Part shown: positions 51,733 to 60,627 of the stretch, one piece after another
How positions within the stretch are numbered: position 1 is the stretch's first letter
How the letters are laid out: every line of letters begins with the position of its first letter
Assembly: GCA_963663965.2 (NCBI GenBank)
Contig: CAXXFK010000020.1
Span: 290,392-354,391, forward strand
From: Sedimentisphaerales bacterium
GTDB taxonomy: Bacteria > Planctomycetota > Phycisphaerae > Sedimentisphaerales > SM23-30
Length of the DNA: 64,000 bases
Reading direction: 5' to 3'
The notes under the pieces: generated by a model
Database searches by the model: none
What the model saw: only the letters and a program-made list of their open reading frames with translations
What the model was told of the DNA's origin: nothing
Translations under genes and position numbers: made by a program

Positions 51733-53907
51733 CTATGTATCTATAAACGACAGGACAATTGCCTCGTTCGTTTTCCATTCAAAATCAAACCTGCTGCCCT
51801 GGCCAAGATTCTGCCCGGTGCGTTCATCGCGAAGATCACTGACCGGATGCCCGAATTTGACGGTTATTTTTGATTCGCTGTCCTTAAGGCCGGTTGCATT
51901 GCCGCCCCCGAGGCTGGTTACTTTGATCTCAGGATTGTAACACACAAAAACCAGTGTCCGCCCATTATTTTTCCAGTATGTCACTTCACAGCCGTAAACA
52001 TCGTCGCCTTCCAGGGTGATCCATCGGTTCACACCGGCCTCCTTGACCGGGGCCATAAATACACGTCGCTTTGCCGCCGGCCCGGGCCCGTCCATCCGGT
52101 AGGCATTATACCACTGAACGGAAAGATTCATCAGTATCGCCTTGCCCTTGCCGAACGGGTTGGTATTCACCACCGGCATATTGCGAACCGCCTTGTTGAA
52201 TCCGCAGGCATCGGTCATACAGCTGTTATTATTGGTCAACAGTTCCCGGTAAGTTTTATAGGTGTAGTTGGCATCCTGATCGGTTTCTACCCAGAGCCGG
52301 TTCTGGAAAATGTCACCGGCTTTCATGCCCGGGTCATGACGGATACCGAACATATCGTCCAGGACCCCGCCGTTATTACGGCCTCGCCCGTGCTGATCCC
52401 AGAGTCCGGGCATATAATCGGCAATAACGGTCCCGCCGCGTCGGCAGAAATCTTTGATCCGTCTTGCCTCAGCATCCGACAGACACAGAACCGCCGGCAG
52501 AATCAGCACCTTGTACTGCTCGGGTATTCCTTCCTGGATCACATCGGCGTAACTGAAATAAGTGTACTGCAACCCTTCGTCGCGCAGCATATTTTCCCAG
52601 GCATGTCGAACAAGATGGCTGGACCCGAGTCTGGCATCGTTATTGCGGTTGCGCCAGGTCTTGCGGTGTGCTTCGGCATCCAGTATCCAGCCCAGTTGAA
52701 TCGACGCATGGCTGTAATAGATGGCAATGCCGTCGTCGATCCAGGTTGCCCCGGTCATCAGCGGCCCGATCTTCGAACCGGCCTCGCTATAGTGCGGCGC
52801 GACTTCGTCATGCCAGCTTTCCGGCTGCCGGCCGTCGAACCAGCCTTCGACCCATCCGATAAAGCCGCGGTTTCCATGGGCCAGGTAATACCACGTCTGC
52901 CATATCGTATCGGCCGTGTTTTTGTGAAAATGAGTGGTGACAGTCGGCATGGCATTGCCGGGATTGAACGATCGTATGATCGCCTGCGATCCGCCGATAT
53001 TGTAGGCCTCGATAAACTGGATCTTACGCATGACTTTGGCATAATCATAACCCCCAAAGGCATTGGGACTCTGGCCGCCGACATATCCAACCGGCGTGTC
53101 AGGATCGATCGAATTGCCGTATTCGACGAGGTCCCCGATAAAATTATTCCAGCAGGAATCATTGAACGTCCACTGATCCATCAGCGGACTGCAGTCAAAA
53201 TCCCTGATCGTCCATTCCGGCAGCATGGTCAGGATGTCATCATAACTTATCCACCCTTCATGTTCGGGCGCGTTTTCAGGTCCATAGATCTCTTTAAGCC
53301 ACTGGTCATATTCCGTACGTTTGTCCGTAACGCACCACATGGTTGGATGAACAAAGTGCCCCCAGGACAATTCATCATCCAGTGCGTATCCTGCCCGGAA
53401 TGGTGAAGACATGACCTGGGTTATCTGGTCTTTCATCAGGTCTTTGAGCTTTTGGGCCATCGCATCGTTGACCGGCCGCACACGGATACCGGGCGCATGC
53501 AGCTGATCGTAGTGGCCTTGCACCTTGTCGCCGTCCCACAGGTGAAGATCACCTTTACCGGCAGTGTGATCCATATAAAAGCGCAGCCCGAATTTGTTGA
53601 TCCAGTCCAGCTTGTCTTCTCCGTTTATAAGGGTATATCCGTGATCGATAAAAGCCCCGTTGTACCCATGATCGAGGGACCACCTGCCCGACTGATCAGT
53701 ATAGCCGATGTTCCACCGGTAGCTCCACGGCATATACGTCCAGCCGGGCCAGGCCTGCCAAAGCCAGTCCTTGTCCTGCCTGACACGCTTGAAGTCCCTG
53801 GAAGTCATCACATACCGTTCATAAGCATCCTGGGCCATGGAAGAATTTGCAAAAAGGGGTAACAATAATGCCAACAAGACAGCAACTTTTACCGTTTTCA
53901 TAACCAC
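51733..53907 (-). CDS. Secreted putative glycoside hydrolase with a beta-galactosidase trimerisation-like domain
   Basis: Signal peptide; IAIYYS..S and VLILP..LCLSD.EA..IKDF...GGTVIAD..PG.WD.HG. Confidence 0.65.
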   Translation of the reverse strand: MVMKTVKVAVLLALLLPLFANSSMAQDAYERYVMTSRDFKRVRQDKDWLWQAWPGWTYMPWSYRWNIGYTDQSGRWSLDHGYNGAFIDHGYTLINGEDKLDWINKFGLRFYMDHTAGKGDLHLWDGDKVQGHYDQLHAPGIRVRPVNDAMAQKLKDLMKDQITQVMSSPFRAGYALDDELSWGHFVHPTMWCVTDKRTEYDQWLKEIYGPENAPEHEGWISYDDILTMLPEWTIRDFDCSPLMDQWTFNDSCWNNFIGDLVEYGNSIDPDTPVGYVGGQSPNAFGGYDYAKVMRKIQFIEAYNIGGSQAIIRSFNPGNAMPTVTTHFHKNTADTIWQTWYYLAHGNRGFIGWVEGWFDGRQPESWHDEVAPHYSEAGSKIGPLMTGATWIDDGIAIYYSHASIQLGWILDAEAHRKTWRNRNNDARLGSSHLVRHAWENMLRDEGLQYTYFSYADVIQEGIPEQYKVLILPAVLCLSDAEARRIKDFCRRGGTVIADYMPGLWDQHGRGRNNGGVLDDMFGIRHDPGMKAGDIFQNRLWVETDQDANYTYKTYRELLTNNNSCMTDACGFNKAVRNMPVVNTNPFGKGKAILMNLSVQWYNAYRMDGPGPAAKRRVFMAPVKEAGVNRWITLEGDDVYGCEVTYWKNNGRTLVFVCYNPEIKVTSLGGGNATGLKDSESKITVKFGHPVSDLRDERTGQNLGQGSRFDFEWKTNEAIVLSFIDT

Positions 53908-54015
53908 ACTCCTGAAATAATGCTATGCTGCAATTATAGACTGAAAACTCCTTATTGACCAGAATATATACCGCAGATTCAATCCATAAGTGCAACTGAG
54001 CTGCGAAAATCATAG

Positions 54016-54035
54016 TGAGATGGTATACGATCTCA
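54016..54035. promoter_or_regulatory. Candidate operator palindrome
   Basis: TGAGATGGTATACGATCTCA is 18/20 palindromic. It lies next to TTGACA/TTGCGT on the minus strand, upstream of the 53907 gene. Confidence 0.5.
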
Positions 54036-54181
54036 TCATGTCAACGCAACCTCTAACGCAGGAGTACCTGCGAGAGACTATGGCCGGCTCACCGAAGAAC
54101 CAGTGCAGGCAACATAAGTGATCATATGATTTGCCGCGGTAATGAGCGTGCGGACCTTTCCATACCCGATGGGAATAAAAC

Positions 54182-54212
54182 AAAAAAGCTGCCGACACAT
54201 ATTCGGCAGCTT
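54182..54212 (-). terminator. Intrinsic terminator of rho
   Basis: AAGCTGCCGA-N7-TCGGCAGCTT followed by a T-run on the minus strand. Confidence 0.85.
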
Positions 54213-54250
54213 GGATATAATATAGAAAATACGGATATCGTGATAGCGGA

Positions 54251-55873
54251 TTAATTCAAATTCATCGTCATCAGGAATTCAACGTTGGATTTAACCTTCT
54301 GTAATCGAGCTTTCAACAACTCTACTGCTTCTACCGGATTCATATCACTCAGCACGCGGCGTAACCGGTAAATCAGTTCCAGTTCCTTGGGATCCAGCAG
54401 CAATTCTTCCTTACGGGTACCGCTGCGGCTGATATCGATGGCCGGATAGGTGCGGCGGTCCACCAAGCGGCGGTCCAGGTGCAATTCCATATTACCGGTG
54501 CCTTTGAATTCTTCGAAAATTACTTCATCCATTTTCGAACCGGTATCGATCAGGGCCGTGGCCAGTACGGTCAGCGAGCCGCCCTTTTCAATGTTACGCG
54601 CGGCGCCGAAGAATTTCTTGGGTTTCTGCAGAGCGTTGGCATCCACACCACCCGTCAGAATCTTACCGGAATGCGGCACTTCGGTGTTATAGGCACGCGC
54701 CAGACGGGTAATCGAATCCAGCAGGATCACCACATCCTGGCCGTATTCCACCATACGCTTGGCCTTTTCGATCACCATTTCGGCAACCTGTACATGACGG
54801 CTGGCCGGCTCATCAAAACAACTGCTCACCACTTCGACATCGCTGGCCGTGGCGCGTTCCATTTCAGTGACTTCTTCAGGACGCTCATCGATCAGCAGAA
54901 CAATCAATCTGACTTCCGGATGATTGGTGGAGATGGCATTCGCAATCTTCTGCAGCAATACTGTTTTTCCGGTACGCGGCGGCGCGACAATCAGACCACG
55001 CTGGCCTTTGCCGATCGGCGTCACCAGGTCCACAATCCGCATATTGATTTCCTGCGCGGTGGTCTCCAGCACCAGCCGCTCATTCGGATGCAACGGAGTC
55101 AGTTCTTCAAAGAACGTCTTTTCCGTCAGCGACTCCGGATCTTCGTAGTTGACCGCTTCCACCCGCAACAGCGCGAAATACTTTTCCGATTCTTTCGGAG
55201 GACGGATCTGGCCGGCAACAATATTACCATTTCTCAAGCCAAAACGGCGTATCTGGGAAGGCGAGACGTAGATATCATCCGGTCCCGGCACATAATTGCA
55301 TTCGGTGTTACGCAGAAAACCATAACCATCCGGCAGCAGTTCCAGCACACCTTCTCCATACATCAGGCCGCTTTTGCAGACGCGTTCCTTGACGATCATA
55401 AAGGTCAGATCCTGCTTTTTCAGATTGCTGTATTCAACCAGACCTTCATCTTTGGCAATGGCGCGCAGTTCCTCGACCGTTAATTTCTGCAAATCGACAA
55501 TGTGCAGATCGCCTCGCTTGACTTCTTCATACTTGGCATGGGTCTCATCGTCCAGTTCCTGCATATCGGGCGCTTTGTTAGGGTCTTTTTCCTTTTCTAC
55601 CACCTCTTTTTTCTTCTTTTTTTTCTTTTTGCCCGGTTTTTGTGCCTTTTTCTCGCCAGTTCCACTACTGGCCGGCGTATCATCTTCCACGTCACTCACC
55701 GGATCGTTGGCGTAAAGATCTTCATCATAAAGCTCGAGTTCATCTTGCATGGGTTCTAACTCCTGTTCGGCCACCGCTACAACGGCGGCCTTCGATGATG
55801 TTTCAGGATTCTCCTTGGTTTTCCTGGTTCTTGTTTTACGGGGGGGCTTCCCTGTTTCTGTGGCTTTAGCCAT
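54251..55873 (-). CDS. rho: Transcription termination factor Rho with an N-terminal extension
   Basis: [58 protein letters not shown] and [10 protein letters not shown]. Confidence 0.98.
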   Translation of the reverse strand: MAKATETGKPPRKTRTRKTKENPETSSKAAVVAVAEQELEPMQDELELYDEDLYANDPVSDVEDDTPASSGTGEKKAQKPGKKKKKKKKEVVEKEKDPNKAPDMQELDDETHAKYEEVKRGDLHIVDLQKLTVEELRAIAKDEGLVEYSNLKKQDLTFMIVKERVCKSGLMYGEGVLELLPDGYGFLRNTECNYVPGPDDIYVSPSQIRRFGLRNGNIVAGQIRPPKESEKYFALLRVEAVNYEDPESLTEKTFFEELTPLHPNERLVLETTAQEINMRIVDLVTPIGKGQRGLIVAPPRTGKTVLLQKIANAISTNHPEVRLIVLLIDERPEEVTEMERATASDVEVVSSCFDEPASRHVQVAEMVIEKAKRMVEYGQDVVILLDSITRLARAYNTEVPHSGKILTGGVDANALQKPKKFFGAARNIEKGGSLTVLATALIDTGSKMDEVIFEEFKGTGNMELHLDRRLVDRRTYPAIDISRSGTRKEELLLDPKELELIYRLRRVLSDMNPVEAVELLKARLQKVKSNVEFLMTMNLN

Positions 55874-56370
55874 TTATAACTCCTTGCATATTAACATCAT
55901 AAGACATGCCTACTTGAATCTCTCTCAAATTTAAATCTATTTTCGAGTAACTATTATTTTCCTGCCTGATAACGGCCAGACTCGTCAGATCATAGGATCT
56001 TGCGTCTGTATGACAATCAGATGACTCGTTACCTGACAGCTACTTGTTTGTTCTGATCCGCAAAAGTATTGGAAGCGGCGACTTAACACGGCAATAATCA
56101 TAAACTATTTTATTTAAAACAATTATAAATTACCTGAGGTCGGCTTCTAAACGATCGGATATAGGTGCTAATCCTCGTTGGGATTAAATGCCAGCTGGGG
56201 ATTAAGATTTGGCCCGGAACGAACTTGCCCGTCTGAATTCAGTTGAGCGGTCCAGCCATCTAAATCAGGTAGTAACTACACATTTAAAGACACCAAAAAT
56301 CCAGTTGGATTGCAAAAAAAACCTGATTTTGTGTTGGATTCATATCCAACCTGCTGCTGTGACGAGCATT

Positions 56371-56979
56371 TTAACCCCTCTTTGTGATTATTTCAAGGAA
56401 AATTTTTTCAACCTGAGGAATTAAACTGCTGATACAGGAATTGTTACTGATCGTATAATCGGCGATTTCACGCTTCCTGTCCAGTAAAATCTGGGAGTTT
56501 TCGACATTTTTTATCTTCTGGTCGTCCCAGCCGCGCCTGCTCCGAACCCGCTCATGACGAATGGATTCATCGGCATCTACATAAATAATATAGTCACAGC
56601 GGCTCTCCCAACCCGTCTCTATCAATAAAGGGACATCCAGTATGATCGCCTTGATGTCAGTATCTTCCTGATAACGCCGGATCATCAGGTCCTGCCGGTC
56701 CAGAATTGCAGGATGCAGGATCTCCGTCAGTTTTTTTAACTGACCAGGATCAGCAAAGACAATCTGCCCCAGGGCGGAACGGTCAATTGCACCCTCCCCC
56801 GTCAGAATATCATGGCCCCAGATCGCCGCTATCCGGGCAATTGTCGATGGCAATGACAGAATCTCATGGTTGATCCGGTCGGCATCTACCACACCACATC
56901 CCACTTGCGAAAAATAATCCGCCACACTGCTCTTACCGGAACCAACAGCGCCCACCAGGCCAATAATCGGTTTTTGCAA
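56371..56979 (-). CDS. coaE: Dephospho-CoA kinase
   Basis: IIGLVGAVGSGKS, DADRI.H, IDR..LG.IVF, ILHP and DVPLLIE. An ATG at 56998 is 1 nt out of frame (possible extra base). Confidence 0.93.
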   Translation of the reverse strand: MQKPIIGLVGAVGSGKSSVADYFSQVGCGVVDADRINHEILSLPSTIARIAAIWGHDILTGEGAIDRSALGQIVFADPGQLKKLTEILHPAILDRQDLMIRRYQEDTDIKAIILDVPLLIETGWESRCDYIIYVDADESIRHERVRSRRGWDDQKIKNVENSQILLDRKREIADYTISNNSCISSLIPQVEKIFLEIITKRG

Positions 56980-57403
56980 TACTGAAAGGAGTATTCATTT
57001 AACCTGCTTCTAATAACAAAAACATCAGCTTATTTTATCAGCACCTCGTAACAGAAAATAAAAGACAACAGGCAATTATAATCCAATTCGATTAATTGAA
57101 AACATTTAAAATAAGATTAAAAATTTGATTACCCCAAATTACTCAAATTACCAATTTTTTAAACTGACACCATTCAGCCATAATATTATTAAAAATTTTC
57201 TTAAAATATTTGAAATCCTATTGAATTTCATTTTTACCCGGATCTATTATCTTGTATCAAGTAGAATTGTTTTGAAGGGTAATCAGACGTTTTACAAGGA
57301 CGTAGACATCTTCTTTTTGTCAAGAGTGGATGATTGTGCGCATATCTACTCGTCTTGAGTAATAGTAAACCTTTTAATTCAATCGTATGGAGGTTCGAAA
57401 ATC

Positions 57404-57946
57404 ATGAAAACACGTTTAAGCCTGTGTATTCTTCTTGTTCTGATCCTTTCTCAAGTAGTCGGTGCGGGAATCTGTTACAACGTGACGGATCTGGGCGGAG
57501 GTAGATGGCAGTATGACTGGACAGTCACCAACTCTGCCGATCTGGGAGTCGACCCGTTGGAAGGCTTCACAATCTATTTCGACTATGATAATTACAACAA
57601 CCTGGTAGTGGAAGGTGATTTGGCTGATTGGGATGAACTGGTCTTTCAAAGAGACAGCTTTTTTGACACCAATAACATACTTAATAAACTCGATGGTATC
57701 TATGACGCTATGGCCCTTGGTTCAGGATTAAATGTCGGCCAATCCCAATCCGGCTTCAGTTGTTCATTCGACTGGCTGGGAACCGGAACCCCGGGAAGTC
57801 AATACTACGAAATCTATGATCCCGATGATTTTAGCGTACTGGCGGATGGTTATACCCAACCGTGTACCACCAACGTCATTCCGGCGCCGGCCGCGTTGAT
57901 CCTTGCGCTCATTGGTGCGCCAATAGCCGCAAAAAAACGGAATTAG
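57404..57946 (+). CDS. PEP-CTERM-like surface protein
   Basis: Signal peptide, C-terminal VIPAPAALILALIGAPIAAKKRN and a GGAGG RBS. Confidence 0.8.
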   Translation: MKTRLSLCILLVLILSQVVGAGICYNVTDLGGGRWQYDWTVTNSADLGVDPLEGFTIYFDYDNYNNLVVEGDLADWDELVFQRDSFFDTNNILNKLDGIYDAMALGSGLNVGQSQSGFSCSFDWLGTGTPGSQYYEIYDPDDFSVLADGYTQPCTTNVIPAPAALILALIGAPIAAKKRN

Positions 57947-57966
57947 CATAGCTTAGTTAGTAAATT

Positions 57967-57998
57967 AGCATGAGATAAGCAATTATCTCATGCTTTTT
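57967..57998 (+). terminator. Terminator-like hairpin
   Basis: AGCATGAGATAA-GCAA-TTATCTCATGCT followed by TTTT. Confidence 0.75.
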
Positions 57999-58047
57999 GT
58001 GTTTCAGGTCTGTCTTTATTATCAATTCTTTTCAAGGAGGTAATCTT

Positions 58048-60510
58048 ATGAATTATCGTCTCAGTACAATTATTATCGGACTATGCATGTGTACATTTAT
58101 TTTTAGTCAGGCTCCGCCCCGGGTCAATGTCATGCCTGATGGAATACGCTCAGCCACCACCGACACACTTTATGCCTGGGCCGGCCTGAGTCTGGAGGTC
58201 TGGGGAAATGTTAAATGGGGTGATTCCGGCTCGGGAACTTATGTCTGGGATTTTGGCGACAGTACCCCCAATACCAGCGGCGCCGTATCGAATGCCAAAA
58301 ATATCTCCGTTTACCACACTTATGCGACCTCGGGCACCTACTATGCCACCCTGACAGTCACGGATGGTAATAGCAAAATGGATAGCGATATTGTCCGGAT
58401 CGATGTCCTGGCAGCTGCGGATAAATCCGCGCAAATTAATCGCGCCATCGAAAGAGGTTTGAAATGGCTGTATCTGAATCAGGGAACATCAGGCAACTGG
58501 TGGCAGGCAGGCTCCAGCGGTTCTTATTATCCGACGACAACTTCTTTATCGATTCTGGCATATGAGAACCGTGGTCATCTTCCCATTAATGATCCGGATA
58601 AAGATATTTATGTCGACTCGGTATTGGCTGGATTCACCTATCTGTGCAATAATCACCTGACCTATTCCACTTGTGACAACCAGACGTATGGAAATCCAGA
58701 TATACACGGGGTCTATCCAACGCCTGATACGCCGGATGGAATGATGGTGGATTTAAGAGATTCGGGGCGAAGCAACTATGAACATGGGATCGTCATGCTG
58801 GCATTCGCCGCGGCAGGCCCCTTTAATGGCGGCGATCGCTATAATGCCACCCTGAATCCGGCCTTAAATATCACTTGCCAATTAAAAACCGGCCAGATCA
58901 TGCGATTTTATGACATTCTGGCCAATATGGTGGATTATGTCTCCTGGTCACAAACAGAATATGTCTCGGGTTACATCAACGGCGCCCGGGGCGGCTGGCG
59001 ATACAGTAGTAATAATAGCGGACACGACACCTCCGTGGGACAATGGCCTGCCATCGGTTGTGAAGCGGCTGAAGGCTGGAACCTTTTTGTGCCACCCTTC
59101 GTCAAAAGTGAAGTACTGAATCAGCTGGTGCCTACCATTTACCATAGTAACGGGGCATGGGATTATACTCCCGGCGATGGCAATTATAATATCACCCATG
59201 GCGGCGCCGGAATCTGCATGCTCTCCTGGTGCCATATCCCTAAAACCGATTCCAGAATAGTGAATACCCTTAGCTGGCTGAATGGCAACTGGGCAGGAAA
59301 TAGCAATTGGTACCCCTGGAACCAGCATATGGGGGGCGGTTTTTATACCAATTACTATGGCATGTACGCTGTGGCTAAAGGATGCCGTATTGCCCGTGAT
59401 GGCGCCGGACATATCTCAGAAATCGGTCTGATTGGCAGCCGGAACTGGTACGATGAATACTCAACCCATATCCTGTCACAACAGCAATCCAATGGCAGCT
59501 GGCCGACGACAATGAACAATTATCATTATAATAATCTCAATACGCCTTTTGCCATCCTGATCCTGGAACCCACTATCTCCAGTCTGAAACCGGTTGCGGT
59601 TCTGGACGCCACTCCCAATCCTTCCCCTGCCAATCAGGCCATCGCATTTGACTTCGGCGGATCGTATCATCAAGATCCCGGCCGATGGCTGGCAACCTGG
59701 CAATTGGATATCGATAACGACGCCATCTGGGACGTCAGTGGTACTTTTGCCGATCCTACCTATTTGTTGTCTGGCGGCTATCCGGATATTGGCTCGGATT
59801 ATACGGCTCAAGCAGTATTAAAAGTCACGGATAATATCGGTGATACCGACGAAGATGTACTGATGATCCAGATTACCAGCGGAAATGTTCCGCCTGTTGC
59901 GGTACCCGGCGGCCCTTATAGCGGCTCTGTCGGACAAACGATTACATTCGATGGTTCTGGATCTTATGATTTGAATGAAGGGCCGCCGCTCAACGATCAG
60001 ATCGTTTCATGGGAATGGGACCTGGACGGTGATGGTCAGTTTGATGACGCCAGTGGTGAAATTGTCCAATCCGTCTGGAATATACCCTACGTCGGAAAAG
60101 TGTACTTGAAAGTCACTGATTCGTTCGGACTTTACGACATATCCGAAGCCGGGGTTCGCATTACCGTAACGGACCTGATCCCTCACTCTTATCCTCTGAT
60201 AAGCGTCACCAGAATTACCAGAACTGCCTGGGAATATACCTTTAATTTCAATATGACTAACCGGGGGACCGGCAAGGCCTCTAATATCCTGGCCGTTCTG
60301 AATAACTGGCCGGCGAATGTCACTGTCATTGATGGCAATGCCGCCTGGTCCGAAATTGGCGCTGGTGCGACTGTAACCGCCGGCGATACTTTCGTTATCA
60401 GAGTGGATCGACGAATTACAGTATCAGATAACAACTTGTCCTGGATCCTGGAATTCGATGATGAGGCCGGCAAACATTACAAATTGGTTAATTTCCCAGT
60501 CTCTCCTTAA
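58048..60510 (+). CDS. Secreted PKD-domain protein with a central prenyltransferase/terpene-cyclase-like alpha/alpha repeat domain
   Basis: WDFGD..HTY...GTY...LTVTD; AIERGLKWL..NQ..SGNW, GGWRY and QQQSNGSW; two further PKD-like units; AAGGAGG RBS before ATG 58048. Confidence 0.75.
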   Translation: MNYRLSTIIIGLCMCTFIFSQAPPRVNVMPDGIRSATTDTLYAWAGLSLEVWGNVKWGDSGSGTYVWDFGDSTPNTSGAVSNAKNISVYHTYATSGTYYATLTVTDGNSKMDSDIVRIDVLAAADKSAQINRAIERGLKWLYLNQGTSGNWWQAGSSGSYYPTTTSLSILAYENRGHLPINDPDKDIYVDSVLAGFTYLCNNHLTYSTCDNQTYGNPDIHGVYPTPDTPDGMMVDLRDSGRSNYEHGIVMLAFAAAGPFNGGDRYNATLNPALNITCQLKTGQIMRFYDILANMVDYVSWSQTEYVSGYINGARGGWRYSSNNSGHDTSVGQWPAIGCEAAEGWNLFVPPFVKSEVLNQLVPTIYHSNGAWDYTPGDGNYNITHGGAGICMLSWCHIPKTDSRIVNTLSWLNGNWAGNSNWYPWNQHMGGGFYTNYYGMYAVAKGCRIARDGAGHISEIGLIGSRNWYDEYSTHILSQQQSNGSWPTTMNNYHYNNLNTPFAILILEPTISSLKPVAVLDATPNPSPANQAIAFDFGGSYHQDPGRWLATWQLDIDNDAIWDVSGTFADPTYLLSGGYPDIGSDYTAQAVLKVTDNIGDTDEDVLMIQITSGNVPPVAVPGGPYSGSVGQTITFDGSGSYDLNEGPPLNDQIVSWEWDLDGDGQFDDASGEIVQSVWNIPYVGKVYLKVTDSFGLYDISEAGVRITVTDLIPHSYPLISVTRITRTAWEYTFNFNMTNRGTGKASNILAVLNNWPANVTVIDGNAAWSEIGAGATVTAGDTFVIRVDRRITVSDNNLSWILEFDDEAGKHYKLVNFPVSP

Positions 60511-60532
60511 TTTTCCTTCTAAAACCCATCAC

Positions 60533-60570
60533 AACGCCACTTTATTCCAATAAGGTGGCGTTTTTATTTT
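60533..60570 (+). terminator. Intrinsic terminator between convergent genes
   Basis: AACGCCAC...GTGGCGTT followed by a T-rich tail. Confidence 0.75.
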
Positions 60571-60627
60571 CCCTTGCCATCCTGGCAGATCTATACGAAT
60601 CGATAGATATTCGCTCTAACGCTTTTT

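Noticed and set aside
49325..53406. Long antisense or alternate-frame ORFs (283, 377, 264, 356 aa) over GH92 and the 51733 gene
   Set aside because: They lie fully within well-supported genes and have compositions typical of shadow ORFs.
55604..55650. T-rich tract resembling a microsatellite or terminator
   Set aside because: It encodes the poly-Lys stretch of Rho on the minus strand.
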